From: Candidatus Schekmanbacteria bacterium | GTDB lineage: Bacteria; CSSED10-310; JACPHN01 | Assembly (NCBI GenBank): GCA_016188575.1 | Contig: JACPHN010000265.1 | Location: 13,554 to 77,553, forward strand | Length of the DNA: 64,000 bases | Direction of reading: 5' to 3' | Shown here: piece by piece, positions 1 through 12,486 of the stretch | Layout: the number at the start of each line of letters is the position of its first letter | How positions within the stretch are numbered: the first letter of the stretch is position 1 | Made by a program: the position numbers and the translations under genes | Notes under the pieces: generated by a model | What the model was told of the DNA's origin: nothing | Seen by the model: the letters and a program-made list of their open reading frames with translations, nothing else | Database searches by the model: none

Positions 1-144
1 CGCTTCCGCCCCAGGCATGAGGGCGCGCATGCGAACGGCCGGAAGCTCTGGTTTGTCCGCAGCGCGTGCCGGCGATCCGGTAATGCCGGAGAGTGGGGCG
101 AGAGCCAGCAGGCTCAGGGCCAGGACGATGGATCGATTCCTCAT
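1..144 (-). CDS. Secreted protein, N-terminal part only (truncated by window start)
   Basis: Not in the ORF track. Minus strand from ATG at 144 reads MRNRSIVLALSLLALAPLSGITGSPARAADKPELPAVRMRALMPGAEA, a Sec signal peptide with an A-R-A site. GGAG RBS and a sigma54 promoter lie upstream. Confidence 0.75.
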   Translation of the reverse strand, partial: MRNRSIVLALSLLALAPLSGITGSPARAADKPELPAVRMRALMPGAEA

Positions 145-209
145 GATCGTGCTCCGCATTGGTTGCCCTCGTCAACGAAACCGGCCGGGTTGGCCGGTGC
201 TCCGGTAGT

Positions 210-225
210 TGCAAGTCATGTGCCA
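210..225 (-). promoter_or_regulatory. Sigma54 (-24/-12) promoter
   Basis: Minus strand TGGCAC-ATGAC-TTGCA, a perfect match to TGGCAC-N5-TTGCA, 66 bp from the ATG at 144. Confidence 0.85.
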
Positions 226-344
226 TGCTCAGGAGCGACTCTCGAAAGCGCCGAGAAATGTGATCGCCAAGGCCTTTCTCGCGCGGCGCCGCGAGCGCGT
301 CGGGGCGTGGTGCCGCGGCCTTTCGGGGGCGTGCCGGCAGGGCG

Positions 345-655
345 CGTGATCGGTCAATCACACCTGCCAGGCTGACACGGGAGATGCGGCCGGCGCCGCG
401 AAAAATGGGCGCTGACGCAGCGCGCCAGCGCGAAACGGATGCGGCGGCGCCGATCTCGGGCCGCGCCACCCCTGGCATGACGCGTCCGGCTGCGACCCGG
501 CGGGCGCAGGGTGTCGCCGCGAAATCACACCAGGTGGCCAGACAGGACGATGGAGCGCTCAAGAAAAGCGTTTCCCGGGGAAGTGTGGCGACAGAATCAC
601 AGAGAAATCGAAACTGGGCGGCGCGGGAGGCGTCTGATGTGATTTCCGAATCACA
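345..655. promoter_or_regulatory. Four putative enhancer (UAS) palindromes, consensus TGTGA-N8-TCACA
   Basis: CGTGATCGGTCAATCACA (345-362), TGTCGCCGCGAAATCACA (512-529), TGTGGCGACAGAATCACA (584-601), TGTGATTTCCGAATCACA (638-655), all upstream of the sigma54 promoter. Confidence 0.6.
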
Positions 656-692
656 TAGAGTCATTTTTGGCGCGCGGCCCTCGGGCACGGCC

Positions 693-1736
693 TCAGGAGC
701 CGCTAGCGGCAGCTCGCGCCGCCGCCTCGACGCGGAGCCGTTCAGCCGCCGAGAAGCTGGCTTCGAGCAAGCGGCGAATGCTCTCGCGCCGCTGTTGCGC
801 TCCCAGCAAGCGGTCGGCCTCCAACGCTTCCTTGGCGGCAAAGAAGGTCGTCACGCGCCGCGACCAGTCTGTTCGCTGTCGATCAAGCTCGGCGAGGCGC
901 TGCGCGGCCTCTTGCCCTACGAGCTGCTGGCGGAAGGCTTCCACGTCCGCGGCGGAACGACCCGCTGCGCGCATCCGCTGCTCCTGGGCCAGCAGTCGGC
1001 CAGGAAGCGTCTCCGCCCGCCGCATCGCGCGCTCGTCGGCCGGCAGGTCGCGGTCGAGCTCCGCAAGGAGGTCTTCCTTGCGCAATGCCGGAAGTGTCTG
1101 GTCGCTCATGATCCGGCGCCGCTCGATGGCGGCTGCAAGCTGACGCTCTTCCTCTCCGAAGAGCGCCGCCGCGACCGCCGCGCCGAAAACGTCGCGCCGC
1201 AGCGCGATAAGCTGCGCCAGACGGGCGTCGAGCTCATCGGTCTCGGCCCGAACGTCCACCACCTCGCGCGCGAGCTCACGATAATGCATGTAGGCGTCGA
1301 GGATCTCGATGGCCCGCGCGGCAGCCGCAGGGGGAAGCTCTGCGACGAGAGTCGCGCGGATGCGGCGCTCGATTTCCTCATCGGAGAGCTCGCCGAGGGC
1401 GGTCAGGTGGTAGTCGAAGAACCGCCGCAGCCCGGGCGTTACGATCAGCTCGCCGGCATCGGTGATCGGCAAGGCACCGTCCACGTCAGTTCCCGCGAGC
1501 GACGGTGCGGCGGACTGAAGATCACCCGCTGGCTCGTCCTGCGGTGCTCGGCGAGGCGCCGTCGGGCCACGGGCGGCGTTCGCCGAAAGTACCGCCGGGC
1601 GCGGCGATGAGGGCGGCGGAGCGAGCCGCGGCGATGCCCGATCCACCGATTGCCACCACGCGATCGCCACGGCGGCGCAACAAGCAGCGCCCGCGGCGGC
1701 CAGCCGCCACGAAAGATCGCGCCGTCGCTTGCCCAC
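693..1736 (-). CDS. Lipase-specific foldase (Lif/LipH chaperone)
   Basis: N-terminal TM, Pro/Ala linker, SLAGTDVDG, and RRFFDYHLTA (variant of the Lif motif RxxFDY(F/C)L(S/T)A). Lies immediately downstream of the lipase. Confidence 0.9.
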   Translation of the reverse strand: MGKRRRDLSWRLAAAGAACCAAVAIAWWQSVDRASPRLAPPPSSPRPAVLSANAARGPTAPRRAPQDEPAGDLQSAAPSLAGTDVDGALPITDAGELIVTPGLRRFFDYHLTALGELSDEEIERRIRATLVAELPPAAAARAIEILDAYMHYRELAREVVDVRAETDELDARLAQLIALRRDVFGAAVAAALFGEEERQLAAAIERRRIMSDQTLPALRKEDLLAELDRDLPADERAMRRAETLPGRLLAQEQRMRAAGRSAADVEAFRQQLVGQEAAQRLAELDRQRTDWSRRVTTFFAAKEALEADRLLGAQQRRESIRRLLEASFSAAERLRVEAAARAAASGS

Positions 1737-1740
1737 GGAG

Positions 1741-2721
<981 letters not shown>

Positions 2722-2772
2722 CTACCATCGAGCGTCCACGCGGCGCTAGCGCGACGCGTCAACCCGCGTCGT

Positions 2773-2788
2773 TGCAATCCGCAGGCCA
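2773..2788 (-). promoter_or_regulatory. Sigma54 promoter of the lipase-foldase operon
   Basis: Minus strand TGGCCT-GCGGA-TTGCA, 67 bp from the lipase ATG, nearly the same spacing as the promoter at 210-225. Confidence 0.7.
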
Positions 2789-3216
2789 GGTGACGAGAGG
2801 AAGGAATCGCGGCACGATCGCTTCGCTCATGTTCGGGACCCGAGTCCCAAACTGGCGCTTTTCCGCCAGACTCAACTCGGCGCCTCCGGAAACCCGCGTA
2901 GCGTCGAGCAAAACGTGATGCCCAAGGCCTTTTCTCGCCAACACGCCGAGGTGCGCAGCGCGCACGCGGTGCTGGCGGAATAGCGCCAGCCCTGCAGCGG
3001 CGTTCATAGGCCGGCTGGCTCCGAGCTTGCGCACCGCCGACAATTATGGATATTGTCTGCCCAAGAGCGTCTCGTGCCGTCTCGCGCCAGCGTCGCCTGT
3101 GCTCATCCGCCGCGCCGTGTGCCCGCTGCAGACGCGTAGTCAGGAGGCGCTCGCACGAAAGATGCCGAGCGCGCACCGCGTCGGGCCTCACGGGAAAACC
3201 AAGGAGACAGCATACC

Positions 3217-3972
3217 GTGCACGTGCTCATCGTTCATAGCTCCGCCCTCTCCAGAACCGTTCTGGCGCGAACCCTGCGCGCCGAGTATGACAGTGTCACG
3301 GTCACCGAGACGGGAAACGACGGCGAGGCGGCGCGCCTGGTGTCCGCTCAATCATTCGACATCATCTTCGCGGAAGACCTGGCGATCCTGCAGTCTCATC
3401 CCGTATTTCGCGCGGCCTTGCGCAGCAGCACCGGCAATGTGAGGGCTCCACTCGTGGCGATCACGGGGCGGGACGACGCACGCCAGCAAGCAGCGTTACG
3501 CGGCGTGGACGTCCAGCGCTTCGCGCATCCGCCATTCGCGGCCGCCGACATGCGGCAGTTGGTGGCGAGCTTGTTCGATCCGGTGGCGAACCGCCGGCAG
3601 GAGCGCTACTTCATCCCCGGCTGCACGGTGCGGCTGGCGACCGAGGTCGGCGGCGTGTTCGGAGAGGTCCTCAACATCAGCAAGGGCGGCTTCGCGGCGC
3701 GGTTTGTTCGCGGTAGCTCCCCCTTCGATTTCCTGGCGGAGGCGAACGTGACTCTCTTTTTCCCGCAGGAATTCGCGGCGGCGCCGATCATCGGCATCGC
3801 GGGTCGGCTGGTCCGTCTCAAGGTCGTCGATCGCGGCGAAGACGGCTACGCATCGGAATTGCTGGTCGCGATCCAGATGCGCTATGCGACAGTCGCCGCG
3901 CGTGACCTGCTCGCCGGGGCGCTGGACAGCTTCGCCGAGGCGGCTCGCCGGGACGCGGGCGCCTTTTCATAG
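3217..3972 (+). CDS. Atypical receiver domain + PilZ domain protein
   Basis: GTG at 3217 after AAGGAG. REC-like VLIVHSS...FDIIFAE; PilZ motifs RRQER (RxxxR) and NISKGG ([D/N]xSxxG). Confidence 0.75.
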   Translation: MHVLIVHSSALSRTVLARTLRAEYDSVTVTETGNDGEAARLVSAQSFDIIFAEDLAILQSHPVFRAALRSSTGNVRAPLVAITGRDDARQQAALRGVDVQRFAHPPFAAADMRQLVASLFDPVANRRQERYFIPGCTVRLATEVGGVFGEVLNISKGGFAARFVRGSSPFDFLAEANVTLFFPQEFAAAPIIGIAGRLVRLKVVDRGEDGYASELLVAIQMRYATVAARDLLAGALDSFAEAARRDAGAFS

Positions 3973-3986
3973 CGGACGCGAAACGC

Positions 3987-4580
3987 ATGAGAATCATCGC
4001 CGGCACGGCACGCGGAAGACGTCTGTTGTCGCCCCAGGGAGGGCTCGTGCGGCCGACACCTGATCGCGTCCGCGAAGCCGTGTTCAGCATTCTCGGTCTG
4101 CGCCTCCCGGACGCGCAGGTCGCGGACTTCTTTGCAGGCACCGGGGCGCTCGGGCTCGAGGCACTCTCGCGAGGCGCGGCACACGCGTTGCTCGTCGACT
4201 CCGCCGCAGCCTCCTGCGAGCTTTGCCGCAAGAACGCCGAGCGACTCGGCATGACGCGGCAGGTCACAATCGTCGAGCGCCCGGCGCTCGCAGCCATCGC
4301 CCACCTCACCGGGCGGTGCCGCGCCTTTGACATCGTGTTCGCGGCCCCACCCTATCGCGACGAGCTGGCGTGCTCCGCGCTGCTCGACGCCCTCTCCGGT
4401 GCGCGGCTGACGGCGAACGAGGCACGCGTCGTGCTGCAGCACCACAGATCGGTGGAGCTTCCCGACCAGGTCGCCGGTTTCGAGCGCGACGACGTGCGGA
4501 TCTACGGGATCACGGCCGTAAGCATCTACGTGTCGGCGGCCGCCCTGGGCCGAGACGGCGAGCCGCCGCCGCAGTGTTGA
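3987..4580 (+). CDS. rsmD: 16S rRNA (guanine966-N2)-methyltransferase
   Basis: MRIIAGTARGRRL, RPTPDRVREAVF, DFFAGTGALGLEALSRGA. The catalytic-loop motif reads APPY. Confidence 0.9.
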   Translation: MRIIAGTARGRRLLSPQGGLVRPTPDRVREAVFSILGLRLPDAQVADFFAGTGALGLEALSRGAAHALLVDSAAASCELCRKNAERLGMTRQVTIVERPALAAIAHLTGRCRAFDIVFAAPPYRDELACSALLDALSGARLTANEARVVLQHHRSVELPDQVAGFERDDVRIYGITAVSIYVSAAALGRDGEPPPQC

Positions 4581-4669
4581 CCACCACGCGCGCTGCGCGT
4601 ACGATAGCCACTCGTGCGCATCAGCGCCCGCTGCGCTCCCGCCGCCACCTGCTCGGAGGGTCCCCCAAA

Positions 4670-5668
4670 ATGCTCACTGACCGTTTCGGCCGCCACCATG
4701 ACAGCCTCCGCATCAGCGTTACCGACCGATGCAATCTCCGCTGCCGCTACTGCATGCCGGAGGGCAAAGTCGACTTCCTGCCGCGCCGTGAGGTGCTGAG
4801 CTTCGAGGAGATCGAGCGCATTGCGGCGCTCATGATGCGGCTCGGGGTGCGAAAGATGCGCTTGACGGGCGGCGAGCCACTCCTGCGGCGCGGATTGCCG
4901 GTGCTGGTGGCGCGGCTGGCGGCGTTGCCCGGGCTCGCCGATCTGGGGCTCACCACCAATGGGCTACTGCTGGCACAACACGCGGCCGCTCTCTATGATG
5001 CGGGATTGCGGCGTCTCAACGTCAGCCTCGATAGCCTCGATCCGGAGACCTTCAACAACCTCGTCCGCGACTCCTCGGGGAGGGGACTCAGGCGCGTCCT
5101 GGACGGCATCATGGAGGCGAAAAGGATCGGGTTTCGGCCCATCAAGATCAACGCGGTGGCGATCTCGGGGACAACCGATCGAGAGCTCGCCCAGCTCGGG
5201 CGCCTGGCACGGGAGTGGGACGTCGAGGTGCGCTTCATCGAGCTGATGCCGCTGGACTCCGAGGGCCGCTGGATGCGCCACAGCGTGCTCTCGGCGCGGC
5301 AGATCGTCGAGGCGCTGTCGCGCGAAGTGGGCCCGTTGCGCCGGCGTGCTGTATCGCCGGGCGACCCCTCGCCCGCTCAGGAGTACGAATTCGCGGACGG
5401 CTGTGGCCGGATCGGTATCATCGCCTCGGTGACGGAACCATTTTGCAGCCGCTGCAACCGCCTGCGGATCGCGGCAAACGGGCGGTTCCGGTATTGCCTG
5501 TTTGCGCTGGAGGATCTGGACGTCCGCGCCTTGCTGCGGAGCGGTGGAACGGACGAGGAGATCGAGCACGCCGTGCGCACGTGGGTGACGCGCAAGTGGG
5601 AAGGCCATCAGATCAACGCCGACGAGTTCATACGTCCGCCGCAACCGATGCACGTGCTGGGCGGTTAG
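4670..5668 (+). CDS. moaA: GTP 3',8-cyclase (molybdenum cofactor biosynthesis)
   Basis: LTDRFGR, radical SAM CNLRCRYC, C-terminal CSRCNRLR...C cluster, terminal GG. ATG 4670 follows GGAGG. Confidence 0.95.
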   Translation: MLTDRFGRHHDSLRISVTDRCNLRCRYCMPEGKVDFLPRREVLSFEEIERIAALMMRLGVRKMRLTGGEPLLRRGLPVLVARLAALPGLADLGLTTNGLLLAQHAAALYDAGLRRLNVSLDSLDPETFNNLVRDSSGRGLRRVLDGIMEAKRIGFRPIKINAVAISGTTDRELAQLGRLAREWDVEVRFIELMPLDSEGRWMRHSVLSARQIVEALSREVGPLRRRAVSPGDPSPAQEYEFADGCGRIGIIASVTEPFCSRCNRLRIAANGRFRYCLFALEDLDVRALLRSGGTDEEIEHAVRTWVTRKWEGHQINADEFIRPPQPMHVLGG

Positions 5669-5733
5669 GCGGCGCCGGCGCGCGGATCCCGCGCGCCGTC
5701 TTCGCCGCCCTGCGCAGACGTTAGACTCGCGCG

Positions 5734-7356
<1,623 letters not shown>

Positions 7357-7496
7357 GAGCTCTCCCATTGGCCCCACCGCTCGCGAGCGAGGCGGCGCTG
7401 GGCGGGTTGCTGAGGCGCCGGCCCACGGACGCCCCGCTTGCGGAGCGCCGGCGCCCGATGGTTTGCGCCGAAGTCTACAGTCGACCACGCGGTGCG

Positions 7497-9377
7497 TCAA
7501 CGCGGACGATCAGGCCAGCCCGCAGGTTTGTCTTCACTTCGCGTTGTTCCAAGGGCCAGGAACCGAGCGCAGCGAGGACCAGGGCGGCGCCGCTCTCGCG
7601 CTCGCCGACTCCACCCGCGCGTCGCCATGGCGGCGCCCAAGCCCAGCCCGCACAGCACTCCCGCCAGCAGCGCACCGCTCGGGACTGGCTGAAGCTGCCA
7701 CTGCGCTCGCGCGCTGGCCAGGCCGGGCGGCGAGGTGTCCGCGAAGCGCGCGCGCACCGTGTCCGGGCTGGCGACGCGCAGGACTCGCGCTCCGGCATCG
7801 CTTGCCTCCAGAGAGAATCCGATTCCGCCCGGCGCCGTTGCGAACGTGCCCGAACCCACCTCCGTCTCCGTCAGCTCCACGCCGAATCCCACCGGGTCGC
7901 CCGTTTCGCTCGATACTGACACCGTGCGCGTATCCGGTTGCGACGGGTCATCCGCTGGATCTGGATCGTACAAGCGCAGCGCGGCGTGGTCGTTCAGGCG
8001 GGCGTAGAGCGGCCGATCGAACGAGAGAATGCCGGACACGGGGGGCGATGTCGGAGTTGGTGTCGCCGTCGCTGTTGGCGTCGCCGTCGCTGTTGGCGTC
8101 GCCGTCGGCAGCGGCGTCGGCTTGTCCGTGAAGACGTGCACCATCCGCGGATCGGGCGGTGGGTAGGTTCTCCCCGTGTAGGTGCGTCCGAATACGTCAA
8201 TACCGCTGCCATCCGGTGGCACAAGCAGCCGCGCGTCGCTGAGCTGCTCCTCGGCCGCCGCCGACTGGCGAAACAGCGTCTCGAGCCCGAAGCCTCCGCC
8301 GGTGCTCGTCGCCAGGCGGACCTGACCAATCGTCGACTGCTGATACCCATTGACATGGCTGGAGGCCAGGTCCGAGAAGAAGATGCGCACGACCCCGAAG
8401 GCGTCGATTGCCATCATGGCCTGAAAGCCGGTGAAATGCGTCCCGTCCGAGCCGTCATAGTCGTCCGTGCGGTCGGCGACGGTCGTCATCGACCAGGCCG
8501 CTAACCCGGCGCGCTGGAAGTAGGCCAGGATGCTTCCGGAATCCGACCCGGTAATGACGTTATAGCGCCGATGGGCCGCCACTGCCGGCGTGCCGTCGGG
8601 GAGGAGCTGCACCGAGGGGCCGCGAAAGGCGGCGTCCTGGTTTGGCGGCGCGTCGGCGGCGATCAGCTCCTCCTGGAAGGAGCCGCCCGCGTTGCTCACG
8701 TAATACAGCTCGGCAGGCCAGAGCTCGTCGAAGGAGCGCCGGATTTGCAGGCTGTAAACGATGTGCACAAGGCTGCCGTCGCCGGGAGCCAGGTCCGCAC
8801 CGATCAGGCACCGACTATCGGACTGCCGGCTCGGGATTTCCTGCTGCAGCACGGTCCCGCCCCGGATACTCAGGTACAGCAGGCTGTTCGGCGGTGTCGA
8901 GCAGGGGAGCACGGACGCGGGTTCGTTATGCCCAAGAAGGTGAAAAGCGCCGTCGCGATAGCGCGCGTCCCAGTGGTTATAGATTTGCGAGCTGAGCACG
9001 GCCTCGGTGATCCAGCCTGTGCCCGACCGGGTCAGGTGCAGTAGGTCGGCACCGCTTCGCAGAAAGACGTGCGCCGCGCCGCCGTCGTCGTACAGCAGGA
9101 TGGCAGGCCACAGTGGGCGCGTCGGCTCTCCATGAACCAGCACCGCCTCGTCCGCGACCACAGTGCCCGACGGGTCGAGCCCATAGTACCGCAGGATGTA
9201 GTCGAGCGCATCATAGTAGAGGACGCCGACGCTCCGATCGGCAGTCACGGCTGCATCAATTACGCCGACGTCGGCCTTTGGGAGCTCCACCTGCACGTGC
9301 GCGGCAAGCGCCGTGCTCATGAGGGCAACGCCCAGCGCCGCCGCTCCCCGCAGCACCGTCCTCGCTCGTAGACTCAT
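7497..9377 (-). CDS. Secreted/surface protein with Pro/Thr linker, Ig-like module and C-terminal sorting-like segment
   Basis: Signal peptide, beta-rich body, (TPTATA)n linker, [13 protein letters not shown] module, then PVP + hydrophobic helix + basic tail. Confidence 0.65.
   Translation of the reverse strand: MSLRARTVLRGAAALGVALMSTALAAHVQVELPKADVGVIDAAVTADRSVGVLYYDALDYILRYYGLDPSGTVVADEAVLVHGEPTRPLWPAILLYDDGGAAHVFLRSGADLLHLTRSGTGWITEAVLSSQIYNHWDARYRDGAFHLLGHNEPASVLPCSTPPNSLLYLSIRGGTVLQQEIPSRQSDSRCLIGADLAPGDGSLVHIVYSLQIRRSFDELWPAELYYVSNAGGSFQEELIAADAPPNQDAAFRGPSVQLLPDGTPAVAAHRRYNVITGSDSGSILAYFQRAGLAAWSMTTVADRTDDYDGSDGTHFTGFQAMMAIDAFGVVRIFFSDLASSHVNGYQQSTIGQVRLATSTGGGFGLETLFRQSAAAEEQLSDARLLVPPDGSGIDVFGRTYTGRTYPPPDPRMVHVFTDKPTPLPTATPTATATPTATATPTPTSPPVSGILSFDRPLYARLNDHAALRLYDPDPADDPSQPDTRTVSVSSETGDPVGFGVELTETEVGSGTFATAPGGIGFSLEASDAGARVLRVASPDTVRARFADTSPPGLASARAQWQLQPVPSGALLAGVLCGLGLGAAMATRGWSRRARERRRPGPRCARFLALGTTRSEDKPAGWPDRPR
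8062..8107. repeat. 18-bp tandem repeat (about 2.5 copies) encoding the Pro/Thr linker
   Basis: GTCGCCGTCGCTGTTGGC x2 followed by GTCGCCGTCG. Confidence 0.85.
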
Positions 9378-9603
9378 TCGTCAAGCCCCATGGGTAACGC
9401 CTCCCCGTTGTGCGGACACCGTACCGCGACGCCGAAGGCGAACGCAAGACTGCACGCGACCCCGGATCCACCGCCTGGTCGCCCTCGGTGCGACGACAGT
9501 GCATCGGTCCCGCGCTCATGCTACGCTCTGCGACGCATGTACCTCGCTCGCTTCGCGACCACCGCCGCCACTCACTGCACCGACAGCGCTCAGGACGAAA
9601 CCT

Positions 9604-12333
9604 ATGATCTCCTGCTCCCCACAACTCCGGCCCCTTGCCTTTCTCGCCTTGGCGTTCACCTTCGCGCTACCTCCGTCCGCCTCCATCGCGGCGACGGATC
9701 AGGAGCAGCCCAAGCCCCCGAAGCCCAACCTCACGCCGCAATACCCGCCCGATCGCCCCGCCGACGTCGCTCACGTCGCGCTGGACCTGGCCATGGACTT
9801 CGAGCAGCGCGCCATCGCGGGAACCGCGACCCTGTTCTTTACCCCGCTCGGCAAGCCGGTGCGCACGTTCGAGCTCGATGCCGTCGACCTTGACGTCAGC
9901 GAGGTGCGCCTGGCCCTGGTGCCGAAAGCGGCGTCCACCGCCGACTGGTCCTTTCCCGCTGCGGCCGCTACGGCCTGCACTTTCTCGTGGCGAAAGCGGC
10001 GCCTCGTCGTGACGTTTCCACAAGACGTGCCTGCCGGGCAGTATGCCGCGCTCGGCATCGTGTACCGCGCGGAACCCGGCGAGGGCCTCTATTTCCAGCG
10101 CCCAACCGCGGAGAACCCGAGCGAGCGCGTCGCCGTCTGGTCGCATGGAGAGACCGACGGCAACCGCCACTGGTATCCGTCCCACGACTATCCCAATGAC
10201 CGTTTTACGTCCGAGCTCCGCGTGACCGTCCCGAAAGCGTTCCGCGTCGTCGCCAACGGCGTTCTCGTTGCCGCCGCGCCGGGTGCCGCCCCAGAGACTA
10301 CCACCTACCACTGGCGCATGGACGCCGAGCACGTCAACTACCTGATCGCGTTCGCCGCCGCCGACTACGTCGAGTATCGCCAGGAGTGGGACGGGATCCC
10401 GATTCTCTCCTATGTCGCCCCGGCGGAGCTGCCGAAGGCAGCGGAGACGTTTCGACGCGTCCCCGAGATGGTCAAATTCTTCAGCGACAAGACCGGCTAT
10501 CGCTACCCGTACGCGAAGGTTGGACACGCCATTGCGCAGGACTTCTTCGCCTCCGGGATGGAAAATACCTCGATTACCTTTCTTACCCCGAGCGTGCTGA
10601 TCACCGCGGAGGATCGCGACACCTGGGAGCCGGAAAACCTCCTCGCGCACGAGCTTGTCCACCACTGGTTCGGCGACTTGATCACAACCCGCGACTGGAG
10701 CCACGTCTGGCTCAATGAGGGTTTTGCGACCTACTTTGCGGACCTGTTCACGGAGCACTGGAAGGGCGGCGACGAATTTGTCGCGGCGATGGACGGCAAC
10801 GCGGCCGACTACTTCGAGGAGGCGCTCGACTACCAGCGCGCGATCGTCACGTACGAGTATGAGGACGCCGGCGAGCTTTTTGACGAGCACGCCTATCCGA
10901 AGGGTGGTTGGGTTTTGCACATGTTGCGGCACCTGCTCGGCGAGGATGCCTTCTGGTCAGGCATGCGGCGGTATGTGCACGACCACGCCAACGGCATCGT
11001 GCAGACGGACGATTTTCGGGCGGCGCTGGAGGCGGCGAGCGGCCGCGAGCTCCGGTGGTTCTTTGACCAGTGGCTTCTCCGCGCGGGCCACCCAGAGATC
11101 ACGGTGGAATGGCGGTGGCGCGACGACACCCGGGGGCTGGAGGTGACGCTGGCGCAGAAGAGCTCGGTGGAGAGCGACGAGCGCCCGTTCCGCGTTTCCC
11201 TGCCGGTGCGCGCAGTGCTGCCGGATGGGAGCCGTAAGGACCTCGTGCTGGACCTTGACGAGTCGCGCCGCGTGCTCAGTTTTGCGTTGGAAGAAAGCCC
11301 GGAGTGGGTCGAGCTCGATCCCGAGCTGACAGTGCTGGCGAAGGTCATCGACAAGGCAGACGCTCCACAGCTCATGGCCCAACTCGCCAAGGGCACGACG
11401 ACCTACGCGCGCATGGCGGCGGCGCGTGCGCTAAAAGACAGTCTGTCGCGCCCGGGAGTGATCGCGGCGCTGCGCGCGGCATTGAGCGCACCGGACGCGT
11501 TTTGGTCGATCCAGTCCGCGGCTGCTCTCAGTTTGGGTGAGAGCGGCGCCGAGACTGCCTGCGCCGCACTTCGCACCGCCGTGCCGCTGGTCTCGTCGCC
11601 GTGGTCGCGTAGGGACGTGGCGCGCGCGCTTGGTTCCTGCCGGGGTGAGGAGGACGCCCAGGTACTGACCGCACTGGCGCTCGACGATGCCAGCGACTCC
11701 GTGCGTGAGGACGCCGTGGAAGCGCTCGGAACAAGCGCTCCGGAGCGGCTGGCAAGCACTGCCGGGGCGCTCCTTGGCCATCGCTCGCAGCGCGAGCGTG
11801 TGGCGCGCGCGACTGCCAGGGCGCTCGCGGCGGCCAGCGGTCGCTCGGAGAACGTGGCGCTCCTGCGCAAGCACCTCGACGCGAAGTTGCCGGCAACGGT
11901 GTATCGCGAAATCGTGCGCGGTCTGGGGACGAGCGCCGGCGCGGCCGACCTGCCGGCGCCCGACAGAGCGCGCGTGCGGGAGCAGCTTGAAGCGTTCTTG
12001 CTCAGCCCCGAGGTAAGCACCACGGCGGCGGCCCTGGACGGCCTCGCGGACCTTGGGGATCAGAGCTCCGTGTCAGCAATCGATCGTCTGCGGGTGCGCA
12101 CGCGCTCGGACTACCTTCGCCACAAGGCGGAACGAGTCGCGAGCCGGCTGCGCGCGAGCGCAACCGAGCGCAAGCCCAACACCGCGCTTCAGGAGCGCCT
12201 CACGAAACTCGAGGAGCGATTGCAGGAAGCGGAAAAGCAGCTCGAGGAGCTACGCCGCCGAGGCGGCACGCCCGCGCCGAGCGGCGCTGCGGCGACAGGT
12301 GGCACCGCGGCGACAGGCGGCACTGCGAAGTAG
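9604..12333 (+). CDS. M1 family zinc aminopeptidase with HEAT-like repeats and C-terminal coiled coil
   Basis: SGMEN exopeptidase motif and HELVH...WLNEGFA (HEXXH-X18-E). HEAT-like DSVREDAVEALG repeats; signal peptide after ATG 9604. Confidence 0.9.
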   Translation: MISCSPQLRPLAFLALAFTFALPPSASIAATDQEQPKPPKPNLTPQYPPDRPADVAHVALDLAMDFEQRAIAGTATLFFTPLGKPVRTFELDAVDLDVSEVRLALVPKAASTADWSFPAAAATACTFSWRKRRLVVTFPQDVPAGQYAALGIVYRAEPGEGLYFQRPTAENPSERVAVWSHGETDGNRHWYPSHDYPNDRFTSELRVTVPKAFRVVANGVLVAAAPGAAPETTTYHWRMDAEHVNYLIAFAAADYVEYRQEWDGIPILSYVAPAELPKAAETFRRVPEMVKFFSDKTGYRYPYAKVGHAIAQDFFASGMENTSITFLTPSVLITAEDRDTWEPENLLAHELVHHWFGDLITTRDWSHVWLNEGFATYFADLFTEHWKGGDEFVAAMDGNAADYFEEALDYQRAIVTYEYEDAGELFDEHAYPKGGWVLHMLRHLLGEDAFWSGMRRYVHDHANGIVQTDDFRAALEAASGRELRWFFDQWLLRAGHPEITVEWRWRDDTRGLEVTLAQKSSVESDERPFRVSLPVRAVLPDGSRKDLVLDLDESRRVLSFALEESPEWVELDPELTVLAKVIDKADAPQLMAQLAKGTTTYARMAAARALKDSLSRPGVIAALRAALSAPDAFWSIQSAAALSLGESGAETACAALRTAVPLVSSPWSRRDVARALGSCRGEEDAQVLTALALDDASDSVREDAVEALGTSAPERLASTAGALLGHRSQRERVARATARALAAASGRSENVALLRKHLDAKLPATVYREIVRGLGTSAGAADLPAPDRARVREQLEAFLLSPEVSTTAAALDGLADLGDQSSVSAIDRLRVRTRSDYLRHKAERVASRLRASATERKPNTALQERLTKLEERLQEAEKQLEELRRRGGTPAPSGAAATGGTAATGGTAK

Positions 12334-12486
12334 GCGGCCGCGCGCGCCACTGGCCCGCCGCGGCCGTGCGCCAACTGTTCACCTGCCCCTCACTTGCGGG
12401 GGGGACAGCAGGGAGATCAGGAATGGCGCAGCAACGCGTTCGCGCCCGTGCTCCGAGAACCGAGATGACCCGCGCCGGGGCGTGGG

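Noticed and set aside
384-1610. Long antisense or alternate-frame ORFs (e.g. 384-1610, 9667-10932, 23070-24368, 57173-58639, 62798-63994)
   Set aside because: Shadow ORFs typical of high-GC DNA; they overlap motif-bearing genes and have no motifs of their own.
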